Source: an uncultured delta proteobacterium
GTDB taxonomy: Bacteria > Myxococcota_A > Polyangia > Fen-1088
Assembly: GCA_963755125.1 (NCBI GenBank)
Contig: CAVWIP010000007.1
Span: 32,001-96,000, forward strand
Length of the DNA: 64,000 nucleotides
Reading direction: 5' to 3'
The translations under genes were made by a program, and so were the position numbers. The notes under the pieces are model-generated. The model had not been told where the DNA came from, ran no database searches, and saw nothing but the letters and a program-made list of their open reading frames with translations. Shown piece after piece: positions 1-11,126 of the stretch (within the stretch, counting starts at the first letter, position 1; each line of letters opens with the position of its first letter).

Positions 1-2
1 CC

Positions 3-866
3 GTCGCGGCGGTGCCTTTCCCAGAGAGCCCGCCCAAGGAGCGGAGGTGCGGCGCGCGCACACTTGACCCGCTCACCGGCGAGGTCTTCCTTTCTCTCAG
101 CAGCCGAACCTTGGCGCCTGGCGAGAAGACCGAGTACGCCTTCGAGGTTTTCGCCGGTCCCAAGTACCACACCGATCTCGACAGAGTGCGGCCGGGCGGC
201 GAGGACGCCCACCTGGCGGACGACGTCGATGTCACCTTCGCCGTGTTGTCGCGGCCTATGTTGGCCATGCTCAAGCTCTTCTATCGGCTCTCCGGCAACT
301 GGGGAGTCGCCATCATCCTGCTCACCATTTTCGTCAAGCTGGTCACCTTCTATCCGACGCAACGAACGCTGCTCTCGGCCAAGAAGATGCAGCGGTTGGC
401 ACCCAAGATCGCGGTCCTGCGCAAGAAGTACGAGAACGACAAGCAGAAGCTGGGTGTGGAAACCATGAATCTGTACAAGGCCCACGGCGTCTCGCCGTTT
501 GGTGGCTGCCTGCCCAGCCTGATCCAGATGCCCATCTGGATCGCCCTGTTCTCCACCCTCAACTATGCGGTCGAGCTGCACCGCTCGTCGTTCCTCTACA
601 TCGCCGACCTGTCGGCCAAGGATCCCTACTACGCCACCCCTCTGCTCATGGGCGTGGTCATGTTCCTGCAGATGCGCATGTCGCCCACCGGCGCCGATCC
701 GCAGCAGCAGAAGATGATGGCGTTCATGATGCCGATCATGTTCACCGGGTTCTCGCTCTTCCTGCCGGCGGGCCTGTCCACCTACACGCTGACCAGCTAC
801 CTGCTCGGAATCCTGCAGCAGCTCTACGTGAACTGGGCCGATCGTCGCGCCACCGCCGCGGTCTGA
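3..866 (+). CDS. yidC: Membrane protein insertase YidC (5'-truncated by window edge)
   Basis: Frame open from base 3; GNWGVAIILLT, GGCLPSLIQMPIW, DLSAKDPYY and QQKMMAFMMP motifs of the YidC/Oxa1 core. Confidence 0.95.
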   Translation, partial: VAAVPFPESPPKERRCGARTLDPLTGEVFLSLSSRTLAPGEKTEYAFEVFAGPKYHTDLDRVRPGGEDAHLADDVDVTFAVLSRPMLAMLKLFYRLSGNWGVAIILLTIFVKLVTFYPTQRTLLSAKKMQRLAPKIAVLRKKYENDKQKLGVETMNLYKAHGVSPFGGCLPSLIQMPIWIALFSTLNYAVELHRSSFLYIADLSAKDPYYATPLLMGVVMFLQMRMSPTGADPQQQKMMAFMMPIMFTGFSLFLPAGLSTYTLTSYLLGILQQLYVNWADRRATAAV

Positions 867-936
867 GCGGCACCTTGCTGGATATCGGGGTAGTCTTCGC
901 CCAGCCGGAACGGGGCAGGCCAGCCCTGGCGTAGCG

Positions 937-1557
937 ATGCGAATTCGTCAGCACGTCAACCCACTCAAGTCGAACTTCTTTCAGATCGTGGTCGAGCCAC
1001 CCGAGCTGCCGGCGGGAGTTCCAGTCGAGGTGGAACTGGGCTCGGCCGAGGCTCACTTTCTCATGAGCCGGGCCGCGGAGGATGCAGGCCGTTTCTACGT
1101 GGGCGTCGAGATCCGCCGCGACCTCGTGGCGCTGGCAAACGCCACCTGTGAGCGACAAGGGCTCAAGCAAGTGCGCAGCGTGTTTGCCAACATCTCGGTC
1201 GACTTGCGCCGGCTTTTCCCTGCCGGCCGGGTGAACCGTTTTTTTCTCAATTTTCCTGATCCATGGTGGAAGGCACGCCAGCACAAGCGGCGTGTCATGT
1301 CGCCCGAACTGGCCGCCGAACTCTTCGACTTGCTGGCCGAGGGTGGCGAGATCTACGTGGCCACCGACGTATTCGACATCGCGCTCGACGCCATGGCGGT
1401 CTTGGAACACGACTCCTCGCGACGCTTCGTCAACCTGCGCGAGCCGTGGACCTTCTTGCGGGAAAGCCCCTTTGCCGCGCGTTCGCGCCGCGAACGACAG
1501 TGCGAGACCACGGACATTCGTATCTGGCGACTCGGCTACCGGCGGGTTTCAGCCTAG
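937..1557 (+). CDS. trmB: tRNA (guanine-N7)-methyltransferase
   Basis: [10 protein letters not shown]-terminus, VELGS SAM motif, [23 protein letters not shown]. Confidence 0.93.
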   Translation: MRIRQHVNPLKSNFFQIVVEPPELPAGVPVEVELGSAEAHFLMSRAAEDAGRFYVGVEIRRDLVALANATCERQGLKQVRSVFANISVDLRRLFPAGRVNRFFLNFPDPWWKARQHKRRVMSPELAAELFDLLAEGGEIYVATDVFDIALDAMAVLEHDSSRRFVNLREPWTFLRESPFAARSRRERQCETTDIRIWRLGYRRVSA

Positions 1558-3549
1558 GTCCATCTGAAGTTGTTCGAGCTGCAGGATGCGGTCGCGGATC
1601 GCGGCGGCCTTCTCGAACTCCAGCTCCTCGGCCAGGTCCATCATCTCGGTCTTGAGCTGGGCGATCACACCAGGCAGCTCGTCGAGCGGCAGTGCGCGCT
1701 TCCCTTTCTTGGGTAGGGCCAGCTTGCCCAAATCGACGAAGTCATCCTGGGCTGTGCCGCTCAGATCCTGGATGGCCTTGCTGATGGTCTTGGGGGTGAT
1801 GCCGTGCTTGCGGTTGTGTTCTTGCTGCAACTCGCGCCGCTGCCGCGTGATCGCGATGGCCCGCTTCATTGAATCAGTCTCGTGGTCGGCGTACATGATG
1901 ACCTTGCCGCGCACGTTACGAGACGCGCGACCGATGGTTTGGATGAGCGAGCGCTCCGCACGCAGAAAGCCCTCCTTGTCGGCGTCGAGGATGGCCACTA
2001 GCGAAACCTCTGGCAGGTCCAGCCCCTCGCGCAGAAGATTGATCCCCACCAGCACGTCGAACGTGCCCAGACGCAGATCGCGCAGGATCTCGATGCGTTC
2101 CAGCGTGTCGATGTCCGAGTGCAGGTAGCGCACGCGCACGCCCAAATCCGTGTAGTACTCGGTCAGATCCTCGGCCAAGCGCTTGGTCAGCGTGGTGACC
2201 AGCACGCGGTCGCCCGTCGAAACCCGCGTGCGGATCTCGGCCAAGAGATCGTCGACCTGCGAGGCCACCGGCCGGACCTCGATCTCCGGATCGAGCAGCC
2301 CGGTGGGCCGGATGATCTGCTCGACCAGGACCCCGCCGGCGCGCTCGACCTCATAGTTCGCGGGCGTCGCCGACACGAAGACGACCTGATGGATGCGCGC
2401 TTCCCACTCCTCGAAACGCAGCGGCCGGTTGTCGAGCGCCGAGGGCAGACGAAAGCCGAAATCCACCAGGGTCTGCTTGCGCGAGCGGTCGCCCTTGTGC
2501 ATGGAACCGATCTGGGGCACGGACTGGTGCGATTCGTCCACGAAGGTCAAACAGTCCTCGGGGAAGTAGTCGAGCAAAGTGGGAGGAGGCTCGCCGGGCT
2601 TGCGGCCCGAAAGGTGGCGCGAATAGTTCTCGATGCCCTTGCAGCGACCCATCTGCTCCAGCATCTCGAGGTCGTAGAGCGTACGCTGCTGTAAACGCTG
2701 TTCTTCCACAAGGTGATTTCCCGCGTGCAACTCGGTCAAGCGCTCGCGCAGTTCCTCCTTGATGCCGCTCATGGCTCGTACCAGTTGCTCGCTCGGGGTC
2801 ACGTAGTGCGAGCCGGGAAAGATAGACACCTCGTCCAGCTTGCGCAGTACCTTGCCGCGCAGAGGATCCACCTCGGAGATGGTCTCGATCTCGTCGCCGA
2901 ACCATTCCACACGCAGGGCTTTCTCGCGTTCGTAGGCCGGAAAGATCTCCACCACGTCGCCGCGCACGCGGAACTTGCCGCGGGAAAAGTCCATGTCGTT
3001 GCGCTCGTACTGGATCTCGATCAGGCGGCGCAGGACCGCATCGCGCCGCACCTCCACGCCAGCGGCCAGATCGATTTTCATGTCGAGATACGCTTCCGGC
3101 GCACCGATGCCGTAGATGCAGGACACCGACGCGACGATGATCACATCGCGCCGGGTGAGCAGGGCGTAGGTGGCGGCGTGGCGCATGCGATCGATCTCTT
3201 CGTTGATGAGCGAATCCTTCTCGATATAGGTATCCGTCGACGGGACGTAGGCCTCCGGCTGGTAGTAGTCGTAGTAGCTGACGAAGAAATGGACCGCGTT
3301 GTCGGGGAACAGGCTCTTGAACTCGCCGTAGAGCTGGTGGGCCAGCGTCTTGTTGTGAGCCATCACCAGGGTGGGGCGCTGGGCCTGGGCGATCACGTGA
3401 GCCATGGTGAAGGTCTTGCCACTGCCCGTGATGCCGAGCAGGACCTGCGCCGCATCGCCGCGCTTCACGCCGGCGACCAGCTCTGCGATGGCGCGCGGCT
3501 GGTCCCCGGTGGGCACAAGATCACTTGTCAGCTTGAATGGCGTCGGCAT
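1549..3549 (-). CDS. uvrB: Excinuclease ABC subunit B
   Basis: [42 protein letters not shown]-terminal UVR domain; start placed at ATG 3549 (MPTPFKL). Confidence 0.98.
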   Translation of the reverse strand: MPTPFKLTSDLVPTGDQPRAIAELVAGVKRGDAAQVLLGITGSGKTFTMAHVIAQAQRPTLVMAHNKTLAHQLYGEFKSLFPDNAVHFFVSYYDYYQPEAYVPSTDTYIEKDSLINEEIDRMRHAATYALLTRRDVIIVASVSCIYGIGAPEAYLDMKIDLAAGVEVRRDAVLRRLIEIQYERNDMDFSRGKFRVRGDVVEIFPAYEREKALRVEWFGDEIETISEVDPLRGKVLRKLDEVSIFPGSHYVTPSEQLVRAMSGIKEELRERLTELHAGNHLVEEQRLQQRTLYDLEMLEQMGRCKGIENYSRHLSGRKPGEPPPTLLDYFPEDCLTFVDESHQSVPQIGSMHKGDRSRKQTLVDFGFRLPSALDNRPLRFEEWEARIHQVVFVSATPANYEVERAGGVLVEQIIRPTGLLDPEIEVRPVASQVDDLLAEIRTRVSTGDRVLVTTLTKRLAEDLTEYYTDLGVRVRYLHSDIDTLERIEILRDLRLGTFDVLVGINLLREGLDLPEVSLVAILDADKEGFLRAERSLIQTIGRASRNVRGKVIMYADHETDSMKRAIAITRQRRELQQEHNRKHGITPKTISKAIQDLSGTAQDDFVDLGKLALPKKGKRALPLDELPGVIAQLKTEMMDLAEELEFEKAAAIRDRILQLEQLQMDLG

Positions 3550-3597
3550 GTGCGTGTCTCGACAGATCGGGCGCGCGCGACATAGTGTACCGGCCAA

Positions 3598-4257
3598 ATG
3601 GCGCTCGTGCTGCGCGGATACTACGCAGTTCTCAATCTACAGGGCGAGGCACCCGAGGAGCCGGGCGCTCTGCTCGGGCGCGCCAGAGCGCGGCTTGCGG
3701 CGCGGCCCGCGTGCCTGCAGCTCCGGGCCAAGCGCGTGGGCGCGGCCGACCTCGGGCGGACCGCGACGCTCCTCTTGCCCGCTTGCCGCGCGGCGGGCGT
3801 GCCCCTGTACGTGAACGACAGGCTCGATGTGGCATTGGCCGTCGGCGCGGATGGCGTGCACCTCGGACAAGACGATCTGCCTCTGCGCGATGCTCTGCGG
3901 ATTCGCGCCGGCCGGCGATTGATCGTCGGCGTTTCTACGCACGATCTGGCACAGGCCCAGGCCGCTGCGCGCGAAGGGGCCGACTACATCGGTTTCGGCC
4001 CCATCTTTGCCACGCAGAGCAAGGCCAACCCCGAGCCGGCGGTGGGCCTGGCCAAACTCCGCCAAGTATGTGCTGTGGTTTCGCCTCCTGTGGTCGCGAT
4101 TGGTGGGATCACTTTGGCGACCGTCGACGCAGTGGCTGCAACCGGGGCCAGCGCCGCGGCAGTCATTGCAGCTATTGATCAAGCCGACGATCCTACGGCT
4201 GCAGCCATGAGGATCGCGGAGGCGTTCGTTACACGCGAACCGCCACCACGAACTTGA
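3598..4257 (+). CDS. thiE: Thiamine-phosphate synthase
   Basis: [53 protein letters not shown]. Confidence 0.95.
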   Translation: MALVLRGYYAVLNLQGEAPEEPGALLGRARARLAARPACLQLRAKRVGAADLGRTATLLLPACRAAGVPLYVNDRLDVALAVGADGVHLGQDDLPLRDALRIRAGRRLIVGVSTHDLAQAQAAAREGADYIGFGPIFATQSKANPEPAVGLAKLRQVCAVVSPPVVAIGGITLATVDAVAATGASAAAVIAAIDQADDPTAAAMRIAEAFVTREPPPRT

Positions 4258-5494
4258 GGTAGTTCCCCTCGGGGAACCCGGGATGCACGGGAAAGTCAGG
4301 GGGAAGACCCAGGCGCTCGATGACCCGCAGTTCGAAACCCCGCAGGGCCGCGCCTTCACCCAGCGCCTTGTCCACCTCGGCGGCTGATAGCTTGGCCGCG
4401 TTGTTGGCAAACGCCAACAGTCCGCCTGGCTCGAGCACGGCTCCTGCCGCTCCGGCCAGCTCAGCCAAGTCCGATGCCGCTGAAAAGGTCCGGCCGGGGC
4501 CCTGACCGTGGGCGAAGGTCGGCGGATCGCAGATCACAATGTCGAAGCGGCGCTTGCGCGACAGGAAGCGTTCGAGAATCTTGCTCGCCTCGGCCGTGAC
4601 TTGCTCCATGCGGGCCGGATCGAGGCCAGAGAGCTCGTAGTTGCGCCGCGCGCGCGCGTGCGCTTTGGCCGAGGTGTCCACCGCGACGACCTCAGCGGCG
4701 CCGGCCCGCGCCGCGCGTACAGAGAAGGCACCGGTGTAGGAGAAGAGATTGAGAACGCGGCGCTCGGCAGCGCGCCGGGCTACGCTGTCGCGCCCGAGGC
4801 GCAGATCGGGGAAGAAGCCGACGCCGAGAGGCGCCGTCACGTCGACTGCGAAACGGCACCCGGTCTCTTCAACCACCACTTCGAGAGGGGCCTCTTCGCC
4901 GCGTGCCCGGGTTGCGGGATCCGCCGGAGCCTGGCCGGCCAAGGGACGCAGTCGTTTCTGTTCGTAAATACCACGCGGATGGATCGCCTCCGCGATCGCA
5001 TCCAGCAGTTCATCGCGCCAGGGCAGGGCGCCCGGCGAGTACCACTGCACGACCACGAAGTCGCCGTAGCGATCGACAGTGACGCCCGGCAGGCCCTCGC
5101 TCTCGCCCGCAAACAGGCGTAGGGCGGTGGGTCTGTCCGGCCCGAGCAGCAGCCAGCGCAGCTGTACGGCGCGCAGCAAGCGTTTGGCAATGGTTCCGGA
5201 TCCTGGGTGTATCCGCTCAGCCGGATCACGCGACAGCACGCGAACGGCTACCGAATGGTCCCGGTCCACGTATCCGCGGGCGACGAAGGCGCCGTTTCCC
5301 GCCATGAGATCAACGACAGCGCCGGTCGGCTCGCTGATAGCCCGTCCGGCCAAGGCCTCACGAAAGACCCATGGGTGGCCGCCGCGCAAACGTCGCGTTA
5401 CGTCATCGGGAATCCGGTATGACCCCGCGCGAACGAACATACCAACCACGGGGGCCCGGGGAATTCTGGACGCACCACGCCCTTTGCGGTTCAT
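4229..5494 (-). CDS. RlmI/RlmK-like class I SAM-dependent rRNA methyltransferase (PUA + MTase)
   Basis: GHPWVF, ESEGLPGVTVDRY, VLNLFSYTGAFS, DPPTF, DFP...PEGNYLK; ATG 5494 has GGAG upstream (ATG 5440 is an alternative). Confidence 0.85.
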   Translation of the reverse strand: MNRKGRGASRIPRAPVVGMFVRAGSYRIPDDVTRRLRGGHPWVFREALAGRAISEPTGAVVDLMAGNGAFVARGYVDRDHSVAVRVLSRDPAERIHPGSGTIAKRLLRAVQLRWLLLGPDRPTALRLFAGESEGLPGVTVDRYGDFVVVQWYSPGALPWRDELLDAIAEAIHPRGIYEQKRLRPLAGQAPADPATRARGEEAPLEVVVEETGCRFAVDVTAPLGVGFFPDLRLGRDSVARRAAERRVLNLFSYTGAFSVRAARAGAAEVVAVDTSAKAHARARRNYELSGLDPARMEQVTAEASKILERFLSRKRRFDIVICDPPTFAHGQGPGRTFSAASDLAELAGAAGAVLEPGGLLAFANNAAKLSAAEVDKALGEGAALRGFELRVIERLGLPPDFPVHPGFPEGNYLKFVVAVRV

Positions 5495-5569
5495 TCTGAC
5501 ACTCCGAGACAGAAGCGAGCGGGAAGGTGCATGGCGGCGCAGAATACGACGGGCACGGCGTGGGCTCGA

Positions 5570-5598
5570 ACCATAGGGAGCAGCGCTCGCCCTGTCAA
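5570..5598 (-). promoter_or_regulatory. Sigma70-type promoter for the rRNA methyltransferase gene
   Basis: Minus strand TTGACA-17 nt-TATGGT. Confidence 0.6.
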
Positions 5599-5716
5599 AC
5601 CCGTTAACGCCCACACAGGGGATTGACTTTGAACTGCCTCGCCGGGAAACTGCCACTGCAGTCTCATACGTCTAGCGCGGCGAATTGCTTGTGATCCGAA
5701 AGAAAGGAAATTCTCC

Positions 5717-6844
5717 ATGACGAGCGGGCCCGGGGCTACAGGGAAGACCGACGTGCCCCCAGACGAAGCCATTGAAGAGATCTCCGGCCTCTTGGAAATG
5801 GACGACTTAAAAGCCGGCGAGTCGGAAACCACAGACGGTTCCGAAGCGCCAGAGGCTGATGCCGCGCATGCTGCCGAAACTGCCGCTGGCGATGCTCTCG
5901 ACGTCTCCATGGAGACCCCGGGCGCCGTGAAGCTGGACTCGTATCTAGTTCCTCCTCCCGTCGGCGAAGAGCCTGCGAACGGGTCCGAGCCGGAGTCCGC
6001 CTCGGCGACCAACATGGCGTACGAGGATCTGCTTGAGAAGCTGGTTCTGCCCGCACAGCCAGCCGCTCCCGATGAAGCGGAGGCAGCCGAGGAGCCGCCG
6101 CCGTTCGCCTCGCCCCAGTCCAGCTCGGCGCATCTTTCGTCGACGCCATTGGCCAGTATCTTCCCACCACAACCCGCCGCCACCGAAGAGCGCACGGTCG
6201 TAACAGCCAACCCGCTCTTGGCCGAGGAACAGGAAGCGGCCGCCCGCGAGGCCGAGAACTACATTCTCCCAGCGGCTCCGGTGGAAGCGCCTGCATTCGT
6301 GGAGTCACCGATCGTCGCGCAGCCTGTCCGCGCGAAGCTCCAGCCAGCCGGCCTGGCCCCGAGCAAGTTCATCCAGATTTCCTACCCGATGTTCGGTTTC
6401 ATGATGCTCGCTGCGGTGATGGTGGGTGGCGTGTTTTCCCGGCTAGTGGCTCCGCCGCGTGCGGTCGTGATTTCGCCACCTGCTCAGGCCCCGATCCTGG
6501 TAGCCAGACCCGTTGTCCCGGCGCAGCCGGCGCAACCCGCGAACCCCGCGCCTCAGGTGGTGCCGCTGCCCACGCCCGCGGAGTCTCCCGCAGGTGCCCC
6601 GGCGGCCGCACAGCCCTCCGCCACTGCCGAAGCCAAGCCGCCATCCGAGATCCCGACGGCCGAGCCCGCGCCGGAGGAATCGAGCGCGGGCGAATCCAAG
6701 ACTGCGGCAAAGGCCAGGGTGCATCACGCGACTAAGTCCCCTCGAACCTCCAACAAGAGCGCTGCGCCAAAGGCGGCCCCGGCCAAGCCAGCGGCGCCCA
6801 AGAAGCCAGCCAAGGGCGGCTGGGTCGATCCGTTTGCTCAATAG
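5717..6844 (+). CDS. Hypothetical single-pass membrane protein (acidic N-terminus, TM, Pro/Ala/Lys-rich tail ending GGWVDPFAQ)
   Basis: AAAGGA SD; one hydrophobic segment (FGFMMLAAVMVGGVF); low-complexity flanks. Confidence 0.75.
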   Translation: MTSGPGATGKTDVPPDEAIEEISGLLEMDDLKAGESETTDGSEAPEADAAHAAETAAGDALDVSMETPGAVKLDSYLVPPPVGEEPANGSEPESASATNMAYEDLLEKLVLPAQPAAPDEAEAAEEPPPFASPQSSSAHLSSTPLASIFPPQPAATEERTVVTANPLLAEEQEAAAREAENYILPAAPVEAPAFVESPIVAQPVRAKLQPAGLAPSKFIQISYPMFGFMMLAAVMVGGVFSRLVAPPRAVVISPPAQAPILVARPVVPAQPAQPANPAPQVVPLPTPAESPAGAPAAAQPSATAEAKPPSEIPTAEPAPEESSAGESKTAAKARVHHATKSPRTSNKSAAPKAAPAKPAAPKKPAKGGWVDPFAQ

Positions 6845-6931
6845 ATGTGCCGTCGCCTGAGCCGGGCCGGGTGGTTCAGACCGCGGCGCCTGCGAGCGCA
6901 TTAGGGTTGGGCGACCGGCAGAGAGTGGTTC

Positions 6932-6960
6932 TTGCCTCGCTGCTAACCCACTGTTACTGT
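6932..6960 (+). promoter_or_regulatory. Probable promoter of pilB-pilT-pilC-pilS
   Basis: TTGCCT-17 nt-TACTGT with TGn extension in an AT-rich patch. Confidence 0.45.
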
Positions 6961-7013
6961 TTTACAATTGCTAAAGGAGCCGCTTGGATCTGACGACGGC
7001 TCATTGGGGTAAC

Positions 7014-8711
7014 ATGAGTCGACTAGGAGAGCTCTTACTGCGGGATCAAATCATCTCGCCGGAGCAGCTCCAACGCGCACAAGAAGAAAGCAGGAAGTCG
7101 GGTGACCGACTGGGGAATGCCCTTATCAAGACCGGGGCAATCCCAGAGGAGGATCTGACTCAGTTTCTCTCCAAGCAATATGGCGTGCCCGCAGTCAACC
7201 TGGCGGAGTTCGACATCGACGCAGAGGTCATCGCCCTCGTACCCAAGGACGTGGCCCTCCGTCATCGGGTGGTGCCGGTCAACCGGGCCGGGTCTTCGCT
7301 CATCGTGGCCATCGCTGATCCTTCCAACATCCTCGCCATCGACGATCTCAAGTTCGTCACTGGCTACAACATCGAGGCCGTGGTGGCCTCCGATGTTGGC
7401 ATCTCGGAGGCCATCGAGAGGTACTACAACAAGAAGGCAGAGCTCGACATCACCAAGGTGATGAACGAGATCCAGGAATCGGTGGAGCTGGAAGCCTCCG
7501 CCGATGGCGAAATCAATCTTTCGGACCTCGAGCGCGCCGCCGAAGACGCACCTGTGGTCAAACTGTGCAATCACCTCTTGCTCTCGGCCATCCAGCAGGG
7601 CGCTTCCGACATCCACGTCGAGCCCTACGAGAAGAGCTACCGGGTTCGTTTTCGCATCGATGGCGTGCTCCACGAGGAGATGTCGCCGCCGGTGAAGCTC
7701 AAGGCCGCGCTCTCCAGCCGCCTCAAAATCATGGCCCACCTGGACATCGCCGAACGCCGTTTGCCCCAGGATGGCCGCATCAAGCTCAAGGTGGGCGAAG
7801 ACAAGGAGATGGACTTCCGCGTGTCGGTACTGCCCACCTTGTTCGGCGAGAAGATCGTCCTCCGGCTCTTGGACAAGAGCAATCTGCAGCTCGACATGAC
7901 CAAGCTCGGCTTCGAACCGGACCAACTGGCCGACTTCAAGTCCGCCATCGAGTGCCCGTACGGAATGGTGCTGGTCACCGGACCGACCGGCTCGGGCAAG
8001 ACCACGACGCTGTATTCAGCCCTCTCCGAGCTCAACACCCTCACCGACAACATCTGCACGGCCGAGGATCCGGTCGAGTTCAATCTTCCCGGCATCAACC
8101 AGGTTCAGATGCACGAAGATATCGGGCTGAACTTCGCCGCGGCTCTGCGCTCGTTCTTGCGGCAGGATCCCGACATCATCATGATCGGCGAGATCCGTGA
8201 CTTCGAGACGGCCGAGATCGCCATCAAGGCGGCCCTCACCGGCCACCTGGTGTTGTCCACGTTGCACACCAACGACGCGCCCTCCACCATCACGCGTCTG
8301 CTCAACATGGGGGTCGAGCCGTTTCTGGTCACCGCTTCGGTGCAACTGGTGCAGGCGCAGCGGCTGGTTCGCAAGATCTGTGCGAACTGCAAGCAACCCA
8401 CGCCAACGCCCAAGGACGAACTCAAGGCCCTGGGCGCCACCGACGAGGAAATCGAAACCGTGACCTGCCAGCGTGGGGTGGGCTGCCAGGTGTGTGGCGG
8501 GTCCGGCTACAAGGGTCGCGTCGCGCTCTATGAGGTTATGCCCTTCAAGGATGCCCTGAAGGAGCTGGTGTTGCAGGGCGCCGCTGCGGTCGAGATCAAA
8601 GCGGAAGCCATCCGCCAGGGCATGCGGACCCTGCGCATGTCAGGTGTACGCAAGATCTGCGAAGGCGTCACATCGGTGGACGAGGTCGCCCGCATCACCG
8701 CCGCCGACTAG
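7014..8711 (+). CDS. pilB: Type IV-A pilus assembly ATPase PilB
   Basis: RLGELL N-terminus, ASDIH, GPTGSGKTT, EDPVE, LRQDPD, tetracysteine Zn motif, GRVALYE; TTG 6984 with AAAGGAG is an alternative start. Confidence 0.96.
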   Translation: MSRLGELLLRDQIISPEQLQRAQEESRKSGDRLGNALIKTGAIPEEDLTQFLSKQYGVPAVNLAEFDIDAEVIALVPKDVALRHRVVPVNRAGSSLIVAIADPSNILAIDDLKFVTGYNIEAVVASDVGISEAIERYYNKKAELDITKVMNEIQESVELEASADGEINLSDLERAAEDAPVVKLCNHLLLSAIQQGASDIHVEPYEKSYRVRFRIDGVLHEEMSPPVKLKAALSSRLKIMAHLDIAERRLPQDGRIKLKVGEDKEMDFRVSVLPTLFGEKIVLRLLDKSNLQLDMTKLGFEPDQLADFKSAIECPYGMVLVTGPTGSGKTTTLYSALSELNTLTDNICTAEDPVEFNLPGINQVQMHEDIGLNFAAALRSFLRQDPDIIMIGEIRDFETAEIAIKAALTGHLVLSTLHTNDAPSTITRLLNMGVEPFLVTASVQLVQAQRLVRKICANCKQPTPTPKDELKALGATDEEIETVTCQRGVGCQVCGGSGYKGRVALYEVMPFKDALKELVLQGAAAVEIKAEAIRQGMRTLRMSGVRKICEGVTSVDEVARITAAD

Positions 8712-8721
8712 AGGAGCACTA

Positions 8722-9891
<1,170 letters not shown>

Positions 9892-9897
9892 ACACAG

Positions 9898-11118
9898 ATG
9901 GCCGCACAGCTCACAGCATTCATTTGGGAGGCTCGCACCCGAACCGGCGACGTGAAGAAGGGTGTGATGGAGGCCGAGAATGAGGAGGCCGTCCACAGCA
10001 AGCTCAAGCTTCAGCAGCTGCAACCGGTTGCGGTCAAGAAGCAGCCGCGCCAGCTCACCCTCAACATCGGCACCGGCGTCAGCGTCAACGACATCGTCAT
10101 CTTCACCCGCCTGTTCGCCACCATGATCGACGCCGGTCTGCCCATCGTGCAATGTCTGGAGATCCTATCGTCGCAATCGGAGAACAAGCGTTTCGGCAAG
10201 ATCCTGGGGCAGGTGCGGGCCAACGTGGAAGGGGGCCTTACGCTGTCAGATTCGATGCGACGCTTTCCCAAGATTTTCGACAACCTCTTCGTCAACCTGG
10301 TCGCCGCCGGCGAGGCGGGCGGCATCTTGGACACCATCCTGCAGCGTCTCTCGGTCTACCTGGAAAAGGCACAGAGGCTCCGGCGCCAAATCAAGGGCGC
10401 CATGGGCTATCCGATTACCGTCATGTGCATCGCGGCCATCGTGGTGACCGTCCTGCTCACCAAGGTCATCCCGACCTTCGAGAAGATGTTCAAGGACTTC
10501 GGTGGCGGCAAGCTGCCAGCACCCACGCAGTTCGTGATCGATCTCTCGTGGACGCTGCGCAACTACCTGCCCTACCTCATCGCAGGCGGCATCGCGCTCT
10601 ACGTTCTGGTCAAGCTCATTCTCCGCTCGCACAAGGGGCGCCTGGCCTTCGACGGCATGTTGCTCAAGCTGCCTGTGCTGGGTCCCGTGCTGCGCAAGAC
10701 CGTGGTGGCGCGCTTCGCCCGCACCATGGGAACCCTGCTGGCCTCCGGCGTGCCCATTCTCGATTCCATGGAGATTGTGGCCAAGACCGCCGGAAACGCC
10801 GTCGTACAGGAAGGCATCATGTTCGTGCGCGCGCGCATCTCGGAAGGCAAGGATCTGGCCACGCCGCTCATGGAAACTGGGCTCATGCCTCCCATGGTGG
10901 TGCAGATGATTAGCGTCGGCGAGCAGACCGGCGCGCTCGATGCCATGCTGTCCAAGCTCGCGGACTTCTACGAGGAGGAAGTGGACGTGGCGGTGGGCTC
11001 CATGACCAGGATGATAGAGCCCTTGCTCATGGTCTTCCTGGGCGCTGTCATCGGCGGCTTGGTCATCGCCATGTACATGCCGATCTTCGAGATGGCCGGC
11101 AACATCAAGGGCGGCTAG
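9898..11118 (+). CDS. pilC: Type IV pilus inner-membrane platform protein PilC (GspF family)
   Basis: FTRLFATMIDAGLP, AGEAGGILD, VGEQTGALD, IEPLL; position after pilB-pilT. Confidence 0.96.
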   Translation: MAAQLTAFIWEARTRTGDVKKGVMEAENEEAVHSKLKLQQLQPVAVKKQPRQLTLNIGTGVSVNDIVIFTRLFATMIDAGLPIVQCLEILSSQSENKRFGKILGQVRANVEGGLTLSDSMRRFPKIFDNLFVNLVAAGEAGGILDTILQRLSVYLEKAQRLRRQIKGAMGYPITVMCIAAIVVTVLLTKVIPTFEKMFKDFGGGKLPAPTQFVIDLSWTLRNYLPYLIAGGIALYVLVKLILRSHKGRLAFDGMLLKLPVLGPVLRKTVVARFARTMGTLLASGVPILDSMEIVAKTAGNAVVQEGIMFVRARISEGKDLATPLMETGLMPPMVVQMISVGEQTGALDAMLSKLADFYEEEVDVAVGSMTRMIEPLLMVFLGAVIGGLVIAMYMPIFEMAGNIKGG

Positions 11119-11126
11119 AGCGCCGC

